Notes under the pieces: model-generated | Told to the model about the DNA's origin: nothing | What the model saw: only the letters and a program-made list of their open reading frames with translations | Databases searched by the model: none | Translations under genes and position numbers: made by a program | Shown: piece by piece, positions 46,183 to 57,915 of the stretch | Numbering within the stretch: the stretch's first letter is position 1 | How the letters are laid out: each line of letters opens with the position of its first letter | Assembly: GCA_963739205.1 (NCBI GenBank) | Contig: CAVTZJ010000004.1 | Span: 398,614 to 462,613, forward strand | Direction of reading: 5' to 3' | Source: an uncultured Pseudomonadota bacterium | Lineage (GTDB): Bacteria > Pseudomonadota > Gammaproteobacteria > Burkholderiales > SG8-39 | Length of the DNA stretch: 64,000 nt

Positions 46183-49100
46183 ATGAAAGCGAACGCACTG
46201 ATCTTGAAAACGCTGCTGATCGGGTTGGGGCTGGCCGCCATCGCCGGCAAGCCGCTCGCCGCGCAGACCGACATCGCAACGCAACCGCTCGCGCAGCCGG
46301 CCTCTAACGTGCCGCCGAACATCATGCTGCTGCTCGACGAATCGGGCTCGATGGTCCAGCAGTACACGCCCGATTACCTCGGGCGCTATTACGGCGGCAG
46401 CAACAAGCTGTGCTTGGATACCCTCGACTACCACAATCCGCTTACGAACAACCTCGCAAACTGCGAAGCGGGCGATCCGCCGCTCATGACACCGGATCTC
46501 AATACGCAGTACTACAACCCGGACATCCGCTACGACCCGGGCGTGAACTACGACGGCACGTCGATGATGGCGATGAACGCGGCGAACACCTCCAACTGGA
46601 CCGCGGTGCCGACCGACGGCGTCAGCCTGTCGACGCTGAACGACTTCCGCAAAGATACCCTCGACATGAACGACGCAAACGAGGGCGTCGTCGCCACCGT
46701 CAACCTCGCGGGCAACTACCCCGACCGCGTCTGGTGCACTTCGCAGTCCGCGTCGGCGACCAGCACGAGCTGCCGCACGAACGGGGCCTATTCGTACCCT
46801 GACGCGACCTACGGCTACGGCAAGACGACGACCGGAGCGATCAAATTCGTATTCGGTGCGCCCTACTACTACCGCATCGCGCCAACTGTCTATTGCACCG
46901 ACTACACACTAACGACCTGCATCGGCGGAAGCGGCACGTTCGCCGTCACAACGCCCACAGGACAATACACGGTGCCGGCGCAGGTGAGATACTGCAACAG
47001 CACGCCCGGGCTCGACGCGTCGCAGAACAATTGTCAGGCCAAATACCGCGGTAGTTACGTCATTCCCGAGTTCACGGGTTACGCCACTACGGCCACTTCG
47101 ACCGCCAAACAAGCGACGGCGACCCTGAAGGTGACGAATCCGCAGCCGGACAGCTATGCGGGCTCGATTACCGCAATCTACGTCCAGGGCGTCAACCTCA
47201 TTACCTCGACGGTGAGCCAGCCCGCTTCGTTCACCGCGAGCAATGCCGCGACCGCGATCAAGAACGCAATCAACGCGGCCACCGGCACCACGGGCTACAG
47301 CGCCACGGTGTCGAGCAACGTCGTCACCATCACCGCGCCGAGCAGCTGCATAGGCGCAGCCACCTGCTCGAACTGGAACGGCGCCTCGATCCAGGTGCAA
47401 TCGCCCGGCACACCGGTCACGCAGGCAAGCACGACGTTCACGGTGAGCAACGTCTCCACCGGCCGCAGCGTGACAAGCATGGCGGCCGGAGGCACGCCAC
47501 TTTTCCTCAACAGCATCCCCTGCACTACCGCTACGGGTTGCAGCGGAGGCGGCTCCGCACGCAACAACTGGATGGCGTCCCAGATCGCGAGCGCGATAAA
47601 CACCGGAGGCACCGGATTCAGCGCCGCTGCCTTGAGCGCGAGCGTCACCGTCACCGCCCCGACGACCACCGGCAGCGACATGAACAACACGACGCTCAGT
47701 GCCTCCACCTCCGGGGGAATTAGCGCGGGCAACGGATCGACTTTCTTGGGCGGCGCTACGAACGGCGACATCCAGACCACTGGCGCGAACTTCAGCGGCG
47801 GCGCCGACGTCAACAACGGGCGTGCCGGCGTCGGTACGTTCGTGCGCACCAGCATCACGCCCTACCAGGACCCGCCGACGAACTCGATTCCCAAGGTCTT
47901 TCCGAAGGGAGTGGGACGAAGCGACTGCCAGGGCTCGAGTTACTGCACCTATGGCGAGGAGATGACGAACTTCGCCAACTGGTACGCCTACTACCGCATG
48001 CGCGACACGATGGCGAAGACCACCATCGGCCGCGCCTTCACCGCGCTCTCCAACCAGTACCGGGTCGGCTACGTCAACCTGAATCCTGGCAGCCCGGTCA
48101 ACTCCTCCCAATACCTCAAGGTGGACAACTTCACCGCCGGCGCAGGCAACCAAAAACAAAACTGGTACCAGCACGTGTACGGCACCATCAGAGGCGGGAG
48201 CACGCCGCTGCGCACGGCGCTCGCGCGCGTCGGGCGTTACTACGCCGGCGTGCAGACCGGTATCAACAACGGCATGGACTCGAGCCCGATCCAGTATTCC
48301 TGCCAGTCGAACTACACGCTGGTCGTGACCGACGGCTACTGGAACGACAACACCAACCCGCCGGACTTGAACGGAAACGCGATCGGCAACCAGGACAATG
48401 CCGACAGCGGCTACCACACGCGCGCGATCGGCGCCTACGACGGCGGCACCCCGGTTGCGTCTAACACGCTCGCCGACGTCGCGATGTACTACTATCAGAC
48501 CGACCTGCGGACCGACCTCGCCGACAACGTGCCGACGACGCAGACCGACCCCGCGCCGTACCAGCACATGACTACCTTCACGGTGGGTTTGGGGCTCGCC
48601 GGCCAGCTTCAGTTCGACCCCAACTATCTCACGCAGACAAGCGGCGACTTCTACGACATCAAGCAGGGCGCGAAGAACTGGCCGGTGCCGGTATCGAACC
48701 AGGAAACCGCGGTGGATGACCTGTGGCACGCGGCGGTCGACGGACACGGACAGTTCTTCAGCGCGAAGGACCCGGTGACCCTCGCGCAGGCCATCACGAC
48801 CACGCTGCAGTCGGTCACCTCGCGCGTCGGCGCGGGCGCGGCGGCGGCAACCTCGAACCTGCAGCCGGTGGCGGGCGACAACTTCGCCTTTACCGCCCAG
48901 TACAAGACGGTGGAGTGGACGGGCGACCTCATCGCACGCACCATCGACCTGAACTCGGGCTTCGTTGCCTACCGTGCACTCTGGTCGGCGCAGGCGCAGC
49001 TCGACCAGCGCACCGCCCAGAACCGGGTCATCTACACCTACGACCCGACCGACACCACGGCGCCGACCACCGGCAACGGCAACCTGCTGAAGACGTTCTG

Positions 49101-50991
49101 CTGGCCGGGCGCGTACGCCACGGGCCTCTACCCTGGCTGTGCTAACGAGGCCGAGCTGTCGGCGACGAACATGACGAATTTCAACCCGGCGACACTCAAC
49201 CAGGCGAGCTTCTGGAATGCGACGCAGACCGCCGCCGCCTCGGCACAGAAGCTGGTCGATTACCTGCGCGGCGATACCTCGAACGAGGACAGCGGCCAGG
49301 GCCTCGCGAGCGACCTGTTCCGCAACCGCGCGCACCTGCTCGGCGACATCGTCAATGCGCAACCCGCGTATGTGAAGGCCGCGCCGTTCGGCTACAACAT
49401 TGGCGCCTACGTCGGCACCGACCCCTTCTACCAGGAGTTTAAGCAAAGCACCGACGGCACGACGGGCACGCGCATCGGCACGGTGTTCGCAGCTGCAAAC
49501 GACGGCATGCTGCATGCGTTCGAGACCGACCCGGACAACAATCCCTATTACCAGACCGCCGGGATCACGACGCTCACGACCACCGATGACACTTTCACCG
49601 GCACCCTCAACACCGACCCGGTCTCGGGCGAAGGCGCCGAGCGCTATGCCTACATTCCGTCACTCGTCCTCGCCAAGGTGAAGAACCTCGCCAACGAGCC
49701 ATACATCCACCAGTACACCGTCGACGGCTCGCCGGTGATCGGCGACGTCTGCTTCGGCCACACGCTCAGCACGCCGTGCGCGTCGCAGTCCAACTGGCAT
49801 ACGATCCTGGTGGCCGGCGTGAACGACGGTGGCCGCGGCTACTACGCGCTCGATATCACAGACCCGCAAAACCCGAAAGGACTGTGGGAGTTCGCGGGCG
49901 GTTCGAGCGCTACCTGCCTGAGCAACGCAACGGCGAACGACGGCAGCATGTCGCACTTCGGGGATTGCAATATGGGCCTGAGCTTCGGCAACCCGATCGT
50001 CGCCAAGCGCAAGTCCGACGGAAGGTGGGTGGTGATCGTGACGTCCGGCTATAACAATATCAACCCGGGTGACGGCCAGGGGCACCTGTATATGCTGGAC
50101 GCGCAGACCGGCGCCATCCTCAACAGGATCGACACCGGCGTCGGCTGCGACGGCGTGAGCACTACCTCGCCGTGCGTCGCCGGCACCGCCGATCCCAGCG
50201 GCCTGTCGCGCATTAGCGACTGGGTCGACAACGCGTTCAACGACAACACCGCGCTGCGCGTCTACGGCGGCGACCTGAAGGGCAACGTGTGGCGCTTCGA
50301 TCTCGATCCAAGCGCGAGCGACTACATGACCGCCTACAAGCTGACGACGCTGGTCGACTCCAGCAACAATCCGCAGCCGATCACTGCGCGCCCCGAGCTC
50401 GGCGAGGTGCAGAACTTCTCGGTAATCTACGTCGGCACCGGCAAGTTGCTCGGCTCGAGCGACATGGCGACGACGCAGACGCAGAGCATCTACGCCATCC
50501 GCGACGACCTGTCGACGAGCAACGAGGTGATCTCGCGCAGCAACATGGTGCAGCAGACGCTGACGCCGATCGACGCTGCCACGCGCACTTCGACCGGCAA
50601 CGCGGTCGACTTCAACACCAAGATGGGTTGGTTTGTCGACCTGCCGGACCCGGGCGAGCGCGTAAACGTCGATCCGATCCTGCAGCTCGGCACGCTGGTG
50701 GTGCCGTCGAACGTCCCATCGACCGACAGCTGCGTCGCGGGCGGCTACGGCTGGATCAACTTCCTCGACTACCGCACGGGCAGCTTCGTGGCCGGCGCGA
50801 CCGCCAACATGGCTTCGACCAAGATCGCGGCCTCTCTGGTGGTCGGTATCAACGTGGTCCAGCTGCCGGGCGGCAAAGTGGTGACGATCGTGACCACTGC
50901 CGACAACCAGCAGCTTACGCAGCAGACGCCTGTTGCGCCGGCCGCTGTCCAAGGCCGCCGCGTGACCTGGCGCGAGCTGATCTCGCAATGA
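46183..50991 (+). CDS. pilY1: PilY1 tip adhesin / pilus biogenesis factor, unusually long (1602 aa)
   Basis: Signal peptide; vWA MIDAS LLLDESGSM; FANWYAYYRMR; TDGYWND; and a C-terminal propeller with SDWVDNAFNDNTALRVYGGDLKGNVWRFDL. The ORF is uninterrupted. Confidence 0.9.
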   Translation: MKANALILKTLLIGLGLAAIAGKPLAAQTDIATQPLAQPASNVPPNIMLLLDESGSMVQQYTPDYLGRYYGGSNKLCLDTLDYHNPLTNNLANCEAGDPPLMTPDLNTQYYNPDIRYDPGVNYDGTSMMAMNAANTSNWTAVPTDGVSLSTLNDFRKDTLDMNDANEGVVATVNLAGNYPDRVWCTSQSASATSTSCRTNGAYSYPDATYGYGKTTTGAIKFVFGAPYYYRIAPTVYCTDYTLTTCIGGSGTFAVTTPTGQYTVPAQVRYCNSTPGLDASQNNCQAKYRGSYVIPEFTGYATTATSTAKQATATLKVTNPQPDSYAGSITAIYVQGVNLITSTVSQPASFTASNAATAIKNAINAATGTTGYSATVSSNVVTITAPSSCIGAATCSNWNGASIQVQSPGTPVTQASTTFTVSNVSTGRSVTSMAAGGTPLFLNSIPCTTATGCSGGGSARNNWMASQIASAINTGGTGFSAAALSASVTVTAPTTTGSDMNNTTLSASTSGGISAGNGSTFLGGATNGDIQTTGANFSGGADVNNGRAGVGTFVRTSITPYQDPPTNSIPKVFPKGVGRSDCQGSSYCTYGEEMTNFANWYAYYRMRDTMAKTTIGRAFTALSNQYRVGYVNLNPGSPVNSSQYLKVDNFTAGAGNQKQNWYQHVYGTIRGGSTPLRTALARVGRYYAGVQTGINNGMDSSPIQYSCQSNYTLVVTDGYWNDNTNPPDLNGNAIGNQDNADSGYHTRAIGAYDGGTPVASNTLADVAMYYYQTDLRTDLADNVPTTQTDPAPYQHMTTFTVGLGLAGQLQFDPNYLTQTSGDFYDIKQGAKNWPVPVSNQETAVDDLWHAAVDGHGQFFSAKDPVTLAQAITTTLQSVTSRVGAGAAAATSNLQPVAGDNFAFTAQYKTVEWTGDLIARTIDLNSGFVAYRALWSAQAQLDQRTAQNRVIYTYDPTDTTAPTTGNGNLLKTFCWPGAYATGLYPGCANEAELSATNMTNFNPATLNQASFWNATQTAAASAQKLVDYLRGDTSNEDSGQGLASDLFRNRAHLLGDIVNAQPAYVKAAPFGYNIGAYVGTDPFYQEFKQSTDGTTGTRIGTVFAAANDGMLHAFETDPDNNPYYQTAGITTLTTTDDTFTGTLNTDPVSGEGAERYAYIPSLVLAKVKNLANEPYIHQYTVDGSPVIGDVCFGHTLSTPCASQSNWHTILVAGVNDGGRGYYALDITDPQNPKGLWEFAGGSSATCLSNATANDGSMSHFGDCNMGLSFGNPIVAKRKSDGRWVVIVTSGYNNINPGDGQGHLYMLDAQTGAILNRIDTGVGCDGVSTTSPCVAGTADPSGLSRISDWVDNAFNDNTALRVYGGDLKGNVWRFDLDPSASDYMTAYKLTTLVDSSNNPQPITARPELGEVQNFSVIYVGTGKLLGSSDMATTQTQSIYAIRDDLSTSNEVISRSNMVQQTLTPIDAATRTSTGNAVDFNTKMGWFVDLPDPGERVNVDPILQLGTLVVPSNVPSTDSCVAGGYGWINFLDYRTGSFVAGATANMASTKIAASLVVGINVVQLPGGKVVTIVTTADNQQLTQQTPVAPAAVQGRRVTWRELISQ

Positions 50992-51437
50992 GCACCACGC
51001 CCGCGAGCCGCGGTCTCCTCCTCCCGCGGCTCGCGGCGGCGCTCGGGGCCTCGCTCATCCTTTCGGCCGCGACAGCCCCGGCGGCAGCTGCGGTCCCCTC
51101 CGTACCGTCTACCACCTACTACTACCCCACGCACGACCTGGACGTGCGGCCGGGGATCATGACGCGGGTCGAGCCCGCCTACCCGGACACCGCGCTCGCA
51201 CGCGGGCTGTCCGGCAAGGTGGTGCTGCGCCTGTACATCAACGAGAAGGGCGCGGTCGACCGCGTGGAGACTCTTAGCGCGGCGCCGGCCGGCTACTTCG
51301 AAGCGTCCGCCGAGAACGCGTTCCGGGCCGCGCGCTTCACGCCCGGCCGCAAGGGCAAGCAGGCAGTGAAGACGCAGATGGTGATCGAGGTGAGCTTCGA
51401 GGCGCCCGCAGCCGCCGCGCGCGGCAGCAAGCGCTGA
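50988..51437 (+). CDS. Secreted TonB C-terminal-domain-only protein
   Basis: 149 aa in an ATGA overlap with the pilY1 stop. It has a signal-like N-terminus, and VEPAYPDTALARGLSGKVVLRLYINEKGAVDRVETLSAAPAGYFEASAENAFRAARFTPG is a TonB_C pattern. It lacks the TonB N-terminal TM motif and the long Pro-rich spacer. Confidence 0.75.
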   Translation: MSTTPASRGLLLPRLAAALGASLILSAATAPAAAAVPSVPSTTYYYPTHDLDVRPGIMTRVEPAYPDTALARGLSGKVVLRLYINEKGAVDRVETLSAAPAGYFEASAENAFRAARFTPGRKGKQAVKTQMVIEVSFEAPAAAARGSKR

Positions 51438-51446
51438 GGACCGGTC

Positions 51447-52406
51447 CTACTTCCTGCGCGACAGCTCGCGCGGCAGCGTAAACACCACGCTCTCCTGGGT
51501 GCCTTCGAGCTGGCGCACGCTCGCTGCGCCGAGCTCGCGCAGCCGCGCGATCAGCTCCTCGACCAGCACTTCCGGAGCCGAGGCGCCCGCAGTCACGCCG
51601 ACGCGTCGCTTGCCCGCGACCCACTCGGGGCGCAGGTCGGCGGCGCGATCCACCATGTACGCTTCTGCCCCCATGTTGCGCGCCACCTCGCGCAGGCGGT
51701 TCGAGTTCGAGCTGTTGGGCGATCCCACCACGATCACGACGTCGCATTGCGGCGCCATGAGCTTCACCGCGTCCTGCCGGTTCTGCGTCGCGTAGCAGAT
51801 ATCGTCGCGCTTCGGGCCGCGGATCGCCGGGAAGCGCGCCTTGAGCGCTCCGATCACCGCCCCGGCGTCGTCCACCGAGAGCGTCGTCTGCGTGACGTAG
51901 GCGACGCGCGCCGGGTCCGCGATCTCGAGCCCGGCGACGTCGGCCGCCGTCTCGACCAGGTGGATGCCCGAGGCCGCCTGGCCCATCGTTCCTTCCGCCT
52001 CCGGATGCCCGCGGTGGCCGATCATGACGATCTCCAGGCCGGCAGCCAGCATCTTCGCGACCTCGACGTGCACCTTGGTGACCAGCGGACAGGTCGCGTC
52101 GAACACCTTCAGGCCACGCGCGACCGCGTCCGCGCGCACCGCCTTCGATATGCCGTGCGCGCTGAAGATCACCGTGCTGCCCGCGGGCACTTCCTCGAGC
52201 TCGTCGACGAACACCGCGCCCTTGGCGCGCAGGTGCTCGACCACGAAGCGGTTGTGCACGATCTCGTGGCGCACGTAGATCGGAGCGCCGTACTGTTCGA
52301 GCGCACGCTCGACGATCTCGATCGCGCGCTCCACGCCGGCGCAGAAGCCGCGCGGATTGGCGAGCAGTACCTCGGCAGGTGCAGGGGACAAGGGTACCGA
52401 AGTCAT
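51447..52406 (-). CDS. ispH: 4-hydroxy-3-methylbut-2-enyl diphosphate reductase
   Basis: [34 protein letters not shown] and ICYATQNRQ are IspH/LytB hallmarks. Confidence 0.95.
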   Translation of the reverse strand: MTSVPLSPAPAEVLLANPRGFCAGVERAIEIVERALEQYGAPIYVRHEIVHNRFVVEHLRAKGAVFVDELEEVPAGSTVIFSAHGISKAVRADAVARGLKVFDATCPLVTKVHVEVAKMLAAGLEIVMIGHRGHPEAEGTMGQAASGIHLVETAADVAGLEIADPARVAYVTQTTLSVDDAGAVIGALKARFPAIRGPKRDDICYATQNRQDAVKLMAPQCDVVIVVGSPNSSNSNRLREVARNMGAEAYMVDRAADLRPEWVAGKRRVGVTAGASAPEVLVEELIARLRELGAASVRQLEGTQESVVFTLPRELSRRK

Positions 52407-52431
52407 GCGGCTATGTTGCCACCGTCAAGCC

Positions 52432-52917
52432 TCAGCTGCCATGCGCCGCATCCGGCTTGCGCTGCAGGAAGCTTTCGATGATCAGCAGCCCCGCGCCGAC
52501 GGTGATCGCCGAGTCGGCGACGTTGAACGCCGGCCAGTGCAATCCCAGCGCGTGAAAGTCGAGGAAGTCGACCACCTGGCCAAAGCGCAGGCGGTCGATC
52601 ACGTTGCCGAGCGCGCCGCCCAGGATGAGCGCGAGCGCCGCGCTGAACATGCGCCTGCCCGGCGAGCGCAGGAGCAGCGCCGACACGACAGCCGCCGCGA
52701 CGAGCGCGATGGCGACGAACAACGGTGTCTGCCAGCCCGGCGCACCGGCGAGGAAGCTGAACGCGGCGCCCTTGTTGAAGGCGAGCACCAGGTTGAAGAA
52801 GCCGGTAATGCGCAGGCGCTCGCCCGGCGCAAAGCTCGCGAGCACCGCCCACTTGCTCGCCTGGTCGGCGAGCACGATCGCCGCCGCGAGCCCGAACCAG
52901 CCGGCCGCCCTAGGCAT
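52432..52917 (-). CDS. lspA: Lipoprotein signal peptidase II
   Basis: [40 protein letters not shown] and FNVADSAI. The start overlaps the ileS stop by 8 nt. Confidence 0.9.
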   Translation of the reverse strand: MPRAAGWFGLAAAIVLADQASKWAVLASFAPGERLRITGFFNLVLAFNKGAAFSFLAGAPGWQTPLFVAIALVAAAVVSALLLRSPGRRMFSAALALILGGALGNVIDRLRFGQVVDFLDFHALGLHWPAFNVADSAITVGAGLLIIESFLQRKPDAAHGS

Positions 52918-55726
52918 ACGCGCGCGGCTCCCCGGCGCCGAACAGGTTCGCCACGCAGCGCCCGCAGAGCTGCGCATGCCCCGGGTCGGCGCCGACGTCG
53001 GCCCGATAGTGCCAGCAGCGCTCGCACTTGCGGTGCGCGCTCGGCGCCACGGTGACGCCTTCGGTTTCGGCGCGCGCAGCACGCGTCACGCGTGCCGCCG
53101 AGGTGAGCAGCACGAACCTGAGATCGTCGCCCAGGCCCGAGAGCAGCTCGTAGTCGGCGCCGTTCGCGCGCCACTCGACCTCGGCCTGCAGCGAAGAACC
53201 CACCTTTCCCGCGGCCCTCAGGTCCTCGATGCTCTTGCGCACCGGGCCGCGCAGCTCGCGCAGCCGCGCCCATTTGGCGAGCAGCCACTCGTCGTTGGCG
53301 ACTTCGGGCAGCGCGTGCCAGGTCTGGAAGAACACGCTGTCGTCCTTGCTGCCGGTGAACGCCACCCACAGCTCCTCGGCCGTGAAGCTCAGGATCGGCG
53401 CGAGCAGGCGCACCAGGCTGTGCGTGATGTGGTGGAGCGCGGTCTGCGCCGAGCGCCGCGCGCGCGAGTCGGCGCCGCAGGTGTACAAGCGGTCCTTGAG
53501 GATGTCGAGGTAGAACGCGCCCAGGTCCTCGGAGCAGAACGTCTGCAGCTTCTGCGCCACCAGGTGGAACTGGTAGCGTTTGTAGTCCGCAGCCAGCTCG
53601 TCCTGCAGCCGCGCCGTGAAGGCGAGCGCGTAGCGGTCGATCTCGACCAGCTCGGAAACGGGCAGCGCATGCTGCGCCGGGTCGAAGTCGGACACGTTGG
53701 CGAGCAGAAAGCGCAGCGTGTTGCGCATGCGCCGGTAGCTCTCCACGACGCGCTTCAGGATCTCGTTCGAGAGATTAAGCTCGCTCGAGTAGTCGGTACT
53801 CGCGACCCACAGGCGCAGGATGTCGGCCCCAAGCGTGCCGGTGATCTCCTGCGGCGACATGCCGGTGCCGCGCGATTTCGACATCTTGCGGCCTTCCATG
53901 TCGATGACGAAGCCGTGCGTGAGCAACGCCTTGTAGGGCGGCACGCCGTTCATCATGCACGAGACGAGCAGCGACGAATGGAACCAGCCGCGGTGCTGGT
54001 CGGAGCCTTCCAGGTACAGGTCGGCCGGAAACTCGGTCTCGCCCTCGTGCGAGCCACGCAGCACGGTGAAATGCGTCGACCCGGAGTCGAACCAGACGTC
54101 GAGCGTGTCCTTCACCTTGTCGTAGCGTGTGGCTTCGTCGCCCAGCAACTCACGCGGGTCGAGCTGCTGCCAGGCCTCGATGCCGCCCTCTTCCACGCGC
54201 TTGGCGACCGCCTCGAGCAGCTCGAGGGTCTCCGGGTGCAGCTCACCGGTCTCCTTGTGCATGAAGAACGGCATCGGCACGCCCCACTGCCGCTGGCGCG
54301 ACAGCGTCCAGTCCGGGCGGTTCGCGATCATTCCGTGCAGGCGCGCTTTGCCCCAGGCCGGGAAGAACTGCGTGTTCTCGACGCCGCGCAGCGCCGTGGC
54401 GCGCAGAGGCTCGGTGGGCTTCACGCCCTCGTATCCGGGCACGGCGTCCATGCCGGCGAACCACTGCACGGTGGCGCGCAGGATCACCGGGGTCTTGTGG
54501 CGCCAGCAGTGCATGTAGCTGTGCACGTATGGCGCGCTGTGCAGCAGCGCGCCGCGCCGCGCGAGCTCGTCGACGATCTCCTGGTTCGCGTCCCAGATCA
54601 TGCGCCCGCCGAACAGCGGCAGCGATTTCGCGAAGTGCCCGTCGCCCTGCACCGGCGTGAGGATCTCCTCGTCCTTCATGCCGTAGCGCCGGCAGGAGAG
54701 GAAATCCTCGACTCCATAGGCAGGCGCCGAATGCACGACGCCGGTGCCCGTGTCGAGCGTCACGTACTCGCCCAGGTATACCGGCGCGTGCCGGTCGTAG
54801 AAGGGATGGCGGAACGCGATCCCCTCGAGCGCCGCACCCTTGCTGGTCGCGATCGTGCTGCCGGAGAGCTTGAAGCGCGCCAGACTGGCTTCCTTGAGGT
54901 CGCTCGCGAGAATCAGCGCGCCTTTGTCGGTCGCGACGAGCGAATAGAGAATCTCGGGATGGACGTTCAGCGCCTGGTTGGCGGGAATGGTCCACGGCGT
55001 CGTGGTCCAGATCACCGCGTACACGGGGCCGGCAGGCAGCGCGTCGAGCCCGAAGGCGCGCGCGAGCTTCGCGCGGTCCTCGTCGGCAAGCGCGAACGCC
55101 ACGTCGATCGCCGGGTCCTTGCGGTCCTCGTACTCGACCTCGGCCTCGGCGAGCGCCGAGCCGCAGTCGAAGCACCAGTTGACCGGCTTCAGGCCGCGGT
55201 ACAGATAGCCCTTGGCGAGCAGCTTGCCGAGCGCGCGGATTTCGTCGGCCTCGTTGCGGTACGCCATCGTGAGATACGGGTTGTCCCAGTCGCCGAGCAC
55301 ACCCAGGCGCTGGAAATCGGCCTTCTGCCGCTTGATCTGTTCGGTCGCATAGGCGCGGCACAGGCGCTGCGTCTCCTCGGCCGAAAGATGCTTGCCGTAT
55401 TGCTTCTCGATCTGCACTTCGATCGGCATGCCGTGGCAGTCCCAGCCCGGCACGTAGGGCGCGTCGAATCCCGCGAGCGTGCGCGACTTGACGATGATGT
55501 CCTTGAGGATCTTGTTGACCGCGTGGCCGATGTGGATGTCGCCGTTGGCGTACGGCGGCCCGTCGTGCAGCACGAAGCGCGGCCGGCCCTTGGCGATCGA
55601 CCGCAGGCGCTTGTAGACGCCGCGCTCCTGCCATTCGTGCGCCCACTGCGGCTCGCGCTTGGCGAGGTCGCCGCGCATCGGGAACGGGGTGTCGGGAAGA
55701 TTGAGCGTGTCCTTGTAGTCAGCCAT
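52910..55726 (-). CDS. ileS: Isoleucine-tRNA ligase
   Basis: [29 protein letters not shown] (HIGH), KMSKS, and a C-terminal Zn-finger CERCW...CGRC. The uninterrupted ORF encodes 938 aa. Confidence 0.95.
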   Translation of the reverse strand: MADYKDTLNLPDTPFPMRGDLAKREPQWAHEWQERGVYKRLRSIAKGRPRFVLHDGPPYANGDIHIGHAVNKILKDIIVKSRTLAGFDAPYVPGWDCHGMPIEVQIEKQYGKHLSAEETQRLCRAYATEQIKRQKADFQRLGVLGDWDNPYLTMAYRNEADEIRALGKLLAKGYLYRGLKPVNWCFDCGSALAEAEVEYEDRKDPAIDVAFALADEDRAKLARAFGLDALPAGPVYAVIWTTTPWTIPANQALNVHPEILYSLVATDKGALILASDLKEASLARFKLSGSTIATSKGAALEGIAFRHPFYDRHAPVYLGEYVTLDTGTGVVHSAPAYGVEDFLSCRRYGMKDEEILTPVQGDGHFAKSLPLFGGRMIWDANQEIVDELARRGALLHSAPYVHSYMHCWRHKTPVILRATVQWFAGMDAVPGYEGVKPTEPLRATALRGVENTQFFPAWGKARLHGMIANRPDWTLSRQRQWGVPMPFFMHKETGELHPETLELLEAVAKRVEEGGIEAWQQLDPRELLGDEATRYDKVKDTLDVWFDSGSTHFTVLRGSHEGETEFPADLYLEGSDQHRGWFHSSLLVSCMMNGVPPYKALLTHGFVIDMEGRKMSKSRGTGMSPQEITGTLGADILRLWVASTDYSSELNLSNEILKRVVESYRRMRNTLRFLLANVSDFDPAQHALPVSELVEIDRYALAFTARLQDELAADYKRYQFHLVAQKLQTFCSEDLGAFYLDILKDRLYTCGADSRARRSAQTALHHITHSLVRLLAPILSFTAEELWVAFTGSKDDSVFFQTWHALPEVANDEWLLAKWARLRELRGPVRKSIEDLRAAGKVGSSLQAEVEWRANGADYELLSGLGDDLRFVLLTSAARVTRAARAETEGVTVAPSAHRKCERCWHYRADVGADPGHAQLCGRCVANLFGAGEPRAYA

Positions 55727-56657
55727 GCTTCGCAAAGAACTCCTTCGCCATCGCCACGTCGCGCGCGATCGCCGTGCGCAGCGCGTCCAGATCCGGATAT
55801 TTTTCCTCGTCCCTGAGCCGCTCGACGAAACGGACACGCAGGTGCCGCCCGTAGAGCTCCTCGGCAACGTCGAACAGGTGCACTTCCAGGAGGGGCACCG
55901 CGACCTCGTTCACCGTCGGGCGCCGACCCACGCTCGCCACGCCGGGCAGCCAGCGTTGCCCGTCGTTGGCATCGGCGCCGCAGGCCTCCACCACGTACAC
56001 GCCGGCGAGCGGCGCGCGCCGCGGCAGCACCAGGTTCGCGGTCGGGAAACCCAGCCTGCGCCCGAGCTTGGCGCCGTGCGCGACGCGGCCCGAGAGGGTG
56101 TAGGGACGTCCGAGCAGCCGCTCAGCGCGCGGAAAGTCGGCCGCGAGCAGCGCGGCGCGCACCGCCGAGCTGGAGATGCGCTCGCCGCCCTGCGTCACCT
56201 CGGGCATCGGCTCGAGCGCGAAGCCGTGGCGCCGGGAGTCGGCCTCGAGCGCCGCGTAATCTCCGGCGCGCCGCGCACCGTAGCGGAAGTCGCGGCCGAC
56301 GAGCAGCCAGCGCGCCCGCAGGCCCTGTACCAGCACTTCCTCCACGAAGCGCTCGGCGGGGAGCGCGGCGAAGCGCGTATCGAAACGCGCGACGTGTACG
56401 TGCTCGATGCCGGCGGCGGCGATCAGCTCGAGCTTCTCGCGCAGGCGCGTCAGGCGCGCGGGCGCCGCGTCGGGCGCGAAAAACTCGCGCGGATGAGGCT
56501 CGAAGGTGAGCGCGCAGGAAACAAGCCCGCGCGGGCGTGCTTCCGCGGCGACGCGCGCCAGCATCGCCTGGTGTCCGATGTGGACGCCGTCGAAGTTTCC
56601 GATGGTCAGCGCGTGCGGGCCTCGGACGGGCGATACGGAGCCGTGCGTGACGACCAT
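55719..56657 (-). CDS. ribF: Bifunctional riboflavin kinase / FMN adenylyltransferase
   Basis: [24 protein letters not shown] and the PTVN motif. It overlaps the ileS start by 8 nt. Confidence 0.9.
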   Translation of the reverse strand: MVVTHGSVSPVRGPHALTIGNFDGVHIGHQAMLARVAAEARPRGLVSCALTFEPHPREFFAPDAAPARLTRLREKLELIAAAGIEHVHVARFDTRFAALPAERFVEEVLVQGLRARWLLVGRDFRYGARRAGDYAALEADSRRHGFALEPMPEVTQGGERISSSAVRAALLAADFPRAERLLGRPYTLSGRVAHGAKLGRRLGFPTANLVLPRRAPLAGVYVVEACGADANDGQRWLPGVASVGRRPTVNEVAVPLLEVHLFDVAEELYGRHLRVRFVERLRDEEKYPDLDALRTAIARDVAMAKEFFAKHG

Positions 56658-56712
56658 CTGGCGCGCTTAAAATAATGAATTGTAGCGGCTTTTCCGCAGC
56701 GCAGCGAATGGC

Positions 56713-57915
56713 TCAGTCGACCCTGAGCCGGCCGCTAGCGAGTGGCCAGAAGGCGGCGAGACCGAGAATCGGACCGGGCAGCAGGAGCCAGGCGACGCGC
56801 GCGCCCAACTCCGGGATGCGCGCCGTCGCCAGGCTGATCGAGAACACCGTGATCAGGAAGCCGATGCTGTTCTGCAGCGCGAGCGCGCTGCCGAGCAGCT
56901 CCGGCGGGCAGGCGCGCGCCGAGAGCGCGGAGAACTGGGGCGAATCGGTGACCACTGCGACGCCCCACACCAGCAGCAGCGCGAGCGCGAGCGCGGGCGA
57001 AATCCCGCTCGCGAGCGGATACACGAGGCACATCGCGCCCGAGGCGGCAAGCGCGAGCGCAGCGACCCGCGCGCTGCCCGCGCGGCGGCTCAATCGGCCG
57101 CCCAGCACGCAGCCTGCACCGCCCGCGGCGATGACCGCGAACGACCAGGCCGATACCTGCGCCGGGTCGGCCGCGCCGTCTCGGGCGAGCGCCGCGGCGG
57201 CGAGCAACGGGACGACGGTCCACAGCGCATAGAGCTCCCACATGTGGCCGAAATAGCCGAGCGCAGAGGCGCGGAAGGCCGGCACGCGGAAGGCGCGCAG
57301 CACCGATCCCCACCCTGCGCGCCGCGCGGCGCCGCTCCTCAAGTGCGGTCCGTCGCCGAGCGCGAGCACCGCCGCCCCCGAGACCAGCGCGAGCGCCGAC
57401 GCGGCGAGCACCACCGCCTGCCACGAGGCGCCGCTGCCGGCGGCGCGAATCGCGTGCGGCAGCGCCGTGCCGATCGTCAGCATGCCCACCAGCCAGCCAA
57501 GCGTCTCGCCGGCGCGTCCCGGTGCCCAGCCGACGACCAGCTTCATGCCGAGCGGATAGATCCCGGCGAGCGCGAAGCCGGTGGCGAAGCGCCAGGCCAT
57601 GCCCGCCGCGATTCCGTTCGCAAGCAGCGCGAAGCCGCCGTTCGCGAGCGCGCCGAGCGCGGCGCAGACGGCGAAGATGCGACTCGCCGGGTAGCGGTCG
57701 GCGAGGCCCGAGAGCGAGAAGAAGAGCGTCCCGGCGATGAACCCGAGCTGCACCGCGCTGGTGAGCGCGCCCAGCTCCGCGGTGCCCAGCCCCCAGGCGC
57801 GCGCCAGGTCGCCGGCCGCGGCATTGGCGCTGAACCACAGCGAAGTGCCGAACAGCTGTGCGGCGACGATCAGAGGAACGGCGGCCGCGTTGCGGCTGCC
57901 GGGATGCTCGCTCAT
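56713..57915 (-). CDS. MFS transporter
   Basis: 400 aa and about 12 TM spans, with an MFS motif-A-like LADRYPASR. Confidence 0.75.
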   Translation of the reverse strand: MSEHPGSRNAAAVPLIVAAQLFGTSLWFSANAAAGDLARAWGLGTAELGALTSAVQLGFIAGTLFFSLSGLADRYPASRIFAVCAALGALANGGFALLANGIAAGMAWRFATGFALAGIYPLGMKLVVGWAPGRAGETLGWLVGMLTIGTALPHAIRAAGSGASWQAVVLAASALALVSGAAVLALGDGPHLRSGAARRAGWGSVLRAFRVPAFRASALGYFGHMWELYALWTVVPLLAAAALARDGAADPAQVSAWSFAVIAAGGAGCVLGGRLSRRAGSARVAALALAASGAMCLVYPLASGISPALALALLLVWGVAVVTDSPQFSALSARACPPELLGSALALQNSIGFLITVFSISLATARIPELGARVAWLLLPGPILGLAAFWPLASGRLRVD

